IMG/VR virus record: IMGVR_UViG_3300037067_014663
Strand: one strand, 5' to 3'
Length of the DNA stretch: 20,000 bases
DNA from: an uncultured virus (IMG/VR IMGVR_UViG_3300037067_014663)
Taxonomy: Duplodnaviria > Heunggongvirae > Uroviricota > Caudoviricetes
Shown: positions 16,521 through 20,000 of the stretch, one piece after another
Position numbering within the stretch: position 1 is the stretch's first letter
Layout of the letters: each line of letters begins with the position of its first letter
Notes under the pieces: model-generated
Seen by the model: only the letters and a program-made list of their open reading frames with translations
The model's database searches: none
What the model was told of the DNA's origin: nothing
Made by a program: the position numbers and the translations under genes

Positions 16521-16753
16521 TCTCAGAACAAGAACTTTTACGAAAGAAAAAACTTGTAGACAACGCTAAACAGAACGTTGCTACACTGAATGGACAAATA
16601 CAAGCTCATGAGAAACAATTAAAAGATGAGTGGGGGCACAAAACCGTAGAGAATGCTCAAAAGGATATTCAACTACGAGATAAGAAAATTGCTAAGTATG
16701 AACAGCAAATTGAAGAAGGTTGTGAAGAATTAGAAAAATTTAATATTGAATAA
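16517..16753 (+). CDS. small coiled-coil protein (possible middle piece of the split SbcC)
   Basis: 78 aa, heptad-rich. Confidence 0.65.
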   Translation: MISEQELLRKKKLVDNAKQNVATLNGQIQAHEKQLKDEWGHKTVENAQKDIQLRDKKIAKYEQQIEEGCEELEKFNIE

Positions 16754-16979
16754 AATGAAGCAACCGATAATTAGGATTAGACAAAATAATAAAATACAAT
16801 TTTATAAAATTAAAACATTGCATTGGAATAAAAATGAAGAAATAGATCATGTTGTTGTCTATTTTGGGGGTGAAGAAATTCGATTGGATAAAATCGATTC
16901 TGTTGATAATATATTTGTAGATCGCTCTTATAATCCAACATTAACTGGGGAAATAGTGAACATTAATTTATGCGAATAG
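16746..16979 (+). CDS. hypothetical protein
   Basis: Likely start ATG at 16756 (MKQPII). Confidence 0.55.
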   Translation: MNKMKQPIIRIRQNNKIQFYKIKTLHWNKNEEIDHVVVYFGGEEIRLDKIDSVDNIFVDRSYNPTLTGEIVNINLCE

Positions 16980-16980
16980 T

Positions 16981-17154
16981 ATGTCAAATTTACTTGAAAG
17001 AGATGTATATGGTCTATATGTGAATATGCCAGGATATAAATATATTCGAGAAAAATGGGAAAAGCAAACTAATTTTATGTTTGAGTGTGAATTTGCACAA
17101 AAGCGACTTGAAAAAATACCAAAATGGATTAGAAAATTATTTAAAGCAATATGA
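16981..17154 (+). CDS. hypothetical protein (57 aa)
   Basis: MSNLLERDVYGLY...IPKWIRKLFKAI*. ATGA-coupled to 17151; not in the ORF track. Confidence 0.55.
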   Translation: MSNLLERDVYGLYVNMPGYKYIREKWEKQTNFMFECEFAQKRLEKIPKWIRKLFKAI

Positions 17155-17777
17155 ATAGTATTCAGCAATATAGGAACCGACTTGAGCAGCAAAAAGGACA
17201 GAAAATGTCTATTGATAAAAACATTGCTGTCTTGGAAGAAGAAATTATTGAAAAGAAGCGAGATTTAAAGCGGCATGAACAGGCAAACGAAATCATTAAA
17301 GAAGTTGGTTTACGAACACAAAATCAAATATCCTTTCATATTTCTAACATAACTTCCCTTGCCCTTGAAAGTGTTTTTGATAACCCTTACGAGCTTCAGG
17401 TTGAATTTGTCCAGCGAAGGAACAAAACTGAATGTGATCTCTTTTTTGTCCGGGGAAAAAGCAAATTAAAGCCATTGGAAGCGTCAGGCTTCGGTGCGGT
17501 GGATGTCGCTTCATTTGCTCTCAGAATTGCTTCTTGGTCAATGCAACGTCCTCGGTCACGAAATATAATGATTCTTGATGAGCCTTTTAAACATCTAAAA
17601 GGAGAAAAAGCAAATTTACGTCTACTTGATATGATTAATGAAGTATCTAAAAAATTAGGACTTCAAATAATTATGATTAGTGACGAGCGTGTAGATAAAG
17701 AAGATATTTATGAAAAAGCTGATAGAGTATTTGAAGTCAGCATAGTTAAAGGAGTTTCACAAGTAAAAACAAATTAA
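17151..17777 (+). CDS. SbcC/Rad50-like ATPase, C-terminal half
   Basis: Coiled coil, then signature-like ASGFG, FALR, Walker B/D-loop IMILDEPFKHL, and QIIMIS..ADRVFEV. Confidence 0.9.
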   Translation: MNSIQQYRNRLEQQKGQKMSIDKNIAVLEEEIIEKKRDLKRHEQANEIIKEVGLRTQNQISFHISNITSLALESVFDNPYELQVEFVQRRNKTECDLFFVRGKSKLKPLEASGFGAVDVASFALRIASWSMQRPRSRNIMILDEPFKHLKGEKANLRLLDMINEVSKKLGLQIIMISDERVDKEDIYEKADRVFEVSIVKGVSQVKTN

Positions 17778-17778
17778 T

Positions 17779-18216
17779 ATGGAAACGATACAAATTTTTG
17801 GATTTTTATTCTTAATTATTTTATTAGAAATAATAACGGATTCTGTACAATACCTATCTGGAACTGATCGAACTAAAAAATGGTACGGTCCTTTACATCA
17901 TGGAACACAATTATTAATGATACCAATTATATTTTTATTTGGGTATCTTTATGAATATTCTTTATGGGATTTAAAAACAGTGTATTTAATTCTTACGTAT
18001 ACCATGTTTCATTTTGCTTTTTTTGATTTTGGGTACAATTGGATTACTGGTAATACGATTATTGGAACAACGTCTTTATGGGATAGATTTTTACATTATC
18101 TTTTGGATTCAAAAAGTAAACTTTTAAAAATAATTGGAAAAATTTTAACGCATACATTTATTCGATTATTAATTGCATTTGCTGCTTGTGTTATTTTATC
18201 TTTTGTATTTCATTAA
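17779..18216 (+). CDS. multi-pass membrane protein
   Basis: 3-4 hydrophobic segments; FDFGYNWITG..IGTTSLWD. Confidence 0.75.
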   Translation: METIQIFGFLFLIILLEIITDSVQYLSGTDRTKKWYGPLHHGTQLLMIPIIFLFGYLYEYSLWDLKTVYLILTYTMFHFAFFDFGYNWITGNTIIGTTSLWDRFLHYLLDSKSKLLKIIGKILTHTFIRLLIAFAACVILSFVFH

Positions 18217-18227
18217 GTAAAAATAAA

Positions 18228-18431
18228 ATGTGGCATCGGGAAGCTAAAATAATTAAAGACATACAATTGACAGAAGAAATCACCATTTTAAAAGGAACAA
18301 TTGTAGATATAACACATGGCAAAGATTATAAATACGCCATTTGGAACAGTGTGGGAATATGGGATGTCCCTAAAAAATATGAAGATCATTTAAAAATACT
18401 TAATTTTTATGACCCAAGAAATAGCCGTTGA
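18228..18431 (+). CDS. hypothetical protein
   Basis: ATG at 18228 (MWHREAK...). Confidence 0.55.
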   Translation: MWHREAKIIKDIQLTEEITILKGTIVDITHGKDYKYAIWNSVGIWDVPKKYEDHLKILNFYDPRNSR

Positions 18432-18717
18432 AAAAATAATTGCTTCAATGCAATCAGAACGCATGATGTCACAAGAATTAACTACATTTATTGCATACTA
18501 CTTATCATTAGTATATGCTGTTGGTTTTGATGAAGGTCGAGTATCTACAACAAAAAATAGAAAAAAAGTTATGCAAATTAAAAACGGAGTACTTATTAAA
18601 ATATGGAATAGCGAAACAGAAGCATCTCGTGTAATTGGTGTAAATGATGGTACTATTAATAAAGCGGTAATTGGAAAAATTAAAACTTGTAAAGGGTTTG
18701 AGTGGCGGTATGTTTGA
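18409..18717 (+). CDS. NUMOD1 DNA-binding domain protein
   Basis: KVMQIKNGVLIKIWNSETEASRVIGVNDGTINKAV.GKIKTCKGFEWRY. Confidence 0.8.
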   Translation: MTQEIAVEKIIASMQSERMMSQELTTFIAYYLSLVYAVGFDEGRVSTTKNRKKVMQIKNGVLIKIWNSETEASRVIGVNDGTINKAVIGKIKTCKGFEWRYV

Positions 18718-18825
18718 TTTGTAATTAAAATAGTATTAAAAATGATAAAATAATAATTTGAAATGCACTATTTGGAAAATCCGATTAGCCAGATCGGCCA
18801 AATTAGTTTATGGTTAGTTAATAAT

Positions 18826-18854
18826 AAAGCCTGGTTTTATTCCAGGCTTTTTTT
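18826..18854. terminator. bidirectional rho-independent terminator
   Basis: AAAGCCTGG-7 nt loop-CCAGGCTTT followed by a T-run, between convergent modules. Confidence 0.85.
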
Positions 18855-18893
18855 ATTTTTAAATATTAACAAATACAAATTCAGTGTTTAGTC

Positions 18894-19109
18894 TCACGTT
18901 CCAGTCGGTTCTGAAGTAAACTTACTAAATCCTTTTAATGTAATAATAAAAATAGTTATCCCAAAATTTAACCATAATTTTATTTCTTCAGAAATAGGAA
19001 TAGACATAATAGTAGTCAAATATAATGGTGAAGTATACAAAAAAATATCAGACACACGTTTCCAATTTTTATTAGAAGGTTTATTTAAATTACTAATTTG
19101 TATACTCAT
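18894..19109 (-). CDS. putative holin (two-TM small protein)
   Basis: 71 aa with two hydrophobic segments, at the end of the late module. Confidence 0.55.
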   Translation of the reverse strand: MSIQISNLNKPSNKNWKRVSDIFLYTSPLYLTTIMSIPISEEIKLWLNFGITIFIITLKGFSKFTSEPTGT

Positions 19110-19420
19110 GATTGCAAATTTTCTAACATTTCAAAACATTGTCCCATAATTAAAGGAGGATACCATTTACCTATTGAATCTTTTAATATTTTTAATTCTT
19201 CAATAGTTAATTCTACAAATGCATCTTTTTGTGTTATATCAACATCCCTAAATTTTTTGAACATGTCCCATTTTTCTTGTTTCTTTGTCCATTCTTCATT
19301 TTCCACCGGCGTTAAAATTGCCGCAGTACAGACTTGTTTTAAAGTTAAAATACCAATTTTGTCTTGAATGGGGGTTTTCCCATCAACATCCATTAATTCC
19401 TGATTAATTTTAATTTTCAT
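19106..19420 (-). CDS. phage tail-region hypothetical protein
   Basis: LTLKQVCTAAIL..VELTIEELKILKDSIGKWYPPLIMGQ, directly downstream of the tail gene. Confidence 0.7.
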   Translation of the reverse strand: MKIKINQELMDVDGKTPIQDKIGILTLKQVCTAAILTPVENEEWTKKQEKWDMFKKFRDVDITQKDAFVELTIEELKILKDSIGKWYPPLIMGQCFEMLENLQS

Positions 19421-19449
19421 ACTATTTAATTTATTTGATTAATAATTGT

Positions 19450-19998
19450 TTACGTAGATCGCACAATAACTCCGGATGTGGTGTCAATATACAATTGTTT
19501 AAATGTTCCTCCTGGAACATCTGTAGATACTGGCATTCCCATTACTGTTATCCATGTTAATTCTTCTGCTGCGGCTATTTCACAAAAAGAAGACGAACTA
19601 TTTTTAACAAGCAATATAACATCGTATGATCCAGCAAAATATGGATCAAGAGAAATTTGCCTATCATCAGCCCCATAACAATTTACAATTGCATCTGCTG
19701 CATTTATTTCTACTCTTTTACCACTTATTCCTGTTTTAAATGTTGCACTATTTAAAAAAGCAACACCTTCTGATGTGACTCTAAATGGAGCAGTTGCCCT
19801 GCTTGTATATGTTTGCCCAGCATAAAATGGATAATCTGCCGGAGACATCCCCATACTCGTTGCAGCAGTTCCAGTATCTTTTGCAAGATAATTATCATTT
19901 ATTTTCCAACCACCGATATAACCCACACCACACCAAAGTCCATATCCTGATAAAGCACCGTATGTTGTATCTGTTATTCCCGTAAGATTTCCTAAACG
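19450..19998 (-). CDS. phage tail/fiber protein, C-terminal part (truncated by window end)
   Basis: Frame open to the window edge: RLGNLTGITDTTYGALSGYGLW..GYIGGWKI..APFRVTSEG..GKRVEI. Confidence 0.75.
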   Translation of the reverse strand, partial: RLGNLTGITDTTYGALSGYGLWCGVGYIGGWKINDNYLAKDTGTAATSMGMSPADYPFYAGQTYTSRATAPFRVTSEGVAFLNSATFKTGISGKRVEINAADAIVNCYGADDRQISLDPYFAGSYDVILLVKNSSSSFCEIAAAEELTWITVMGMPVSTDVPGGTFKQLYIDTTSGVIVRST

Positions 19999-20000
19999 AA

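Noticed and set aside
608..17192. Minus-strand ORFs in the track (e.g. 760-1011, 6629-6988, 9161-9700, 12441-12851) and the nested + ORFs 4987-5226 and 9373-9603
   Set aside because: They are shadows of well-supported + strand genes, with biased composition and no motifs.
18781..18797. Small hairpin CCGAT-N7-ATCGG as a regulatory element
   Set aside because: A single 5-bp stem with no other support.
19098..19985. Plus-strand ORFs 19098-19367, 19478-19678 and 19785-19985
   Set aside because: They are antisense to the coherent minus-strand late genes.
1..20000. Stop-codon reassignment (alternative genetic code)
   Set aside because: Core genes are full length under code 11, and TAA, TAG and TGA all end genes at natural, coupled boundaries.

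Overview
AT-rich (Bacteroidota-type) tailed-phage DNA. The + strand (1-18717) is a co-oriented replication/recombination module: DNA methyltransferase C-terminus, family A DNA polymerase lacking its exonuclease domain, AntA/B antirepressor, HNH-like protein, UvsY-like and gp32-like proteins, RecA/UvsX, RuvC-like resolvase, a split SbcC/Rad50, SbcD/Mre11 and many small ORFs. It meets a convergent - strand late module (tail protein C-terminus, holin-like gene) at a bidirectional terminator. Three things stand out. (1) A ~250-nt structured non-coding element at 7250-7498 carries 11 AAAnnnn heptad repeats and lies directly behind a coiled-coil gene, a candidate protein-ncRNA system. (2) An array of integron attC-like TAAC...GTTA hairpins punctuates small ORFs at ~260-3370, with no integrase in the window. 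(3) A signal-peptide lysozyme-like domain is fused in frame to the DNA polymerase. All family assignments come from motif recognition by eye, not from database searches.
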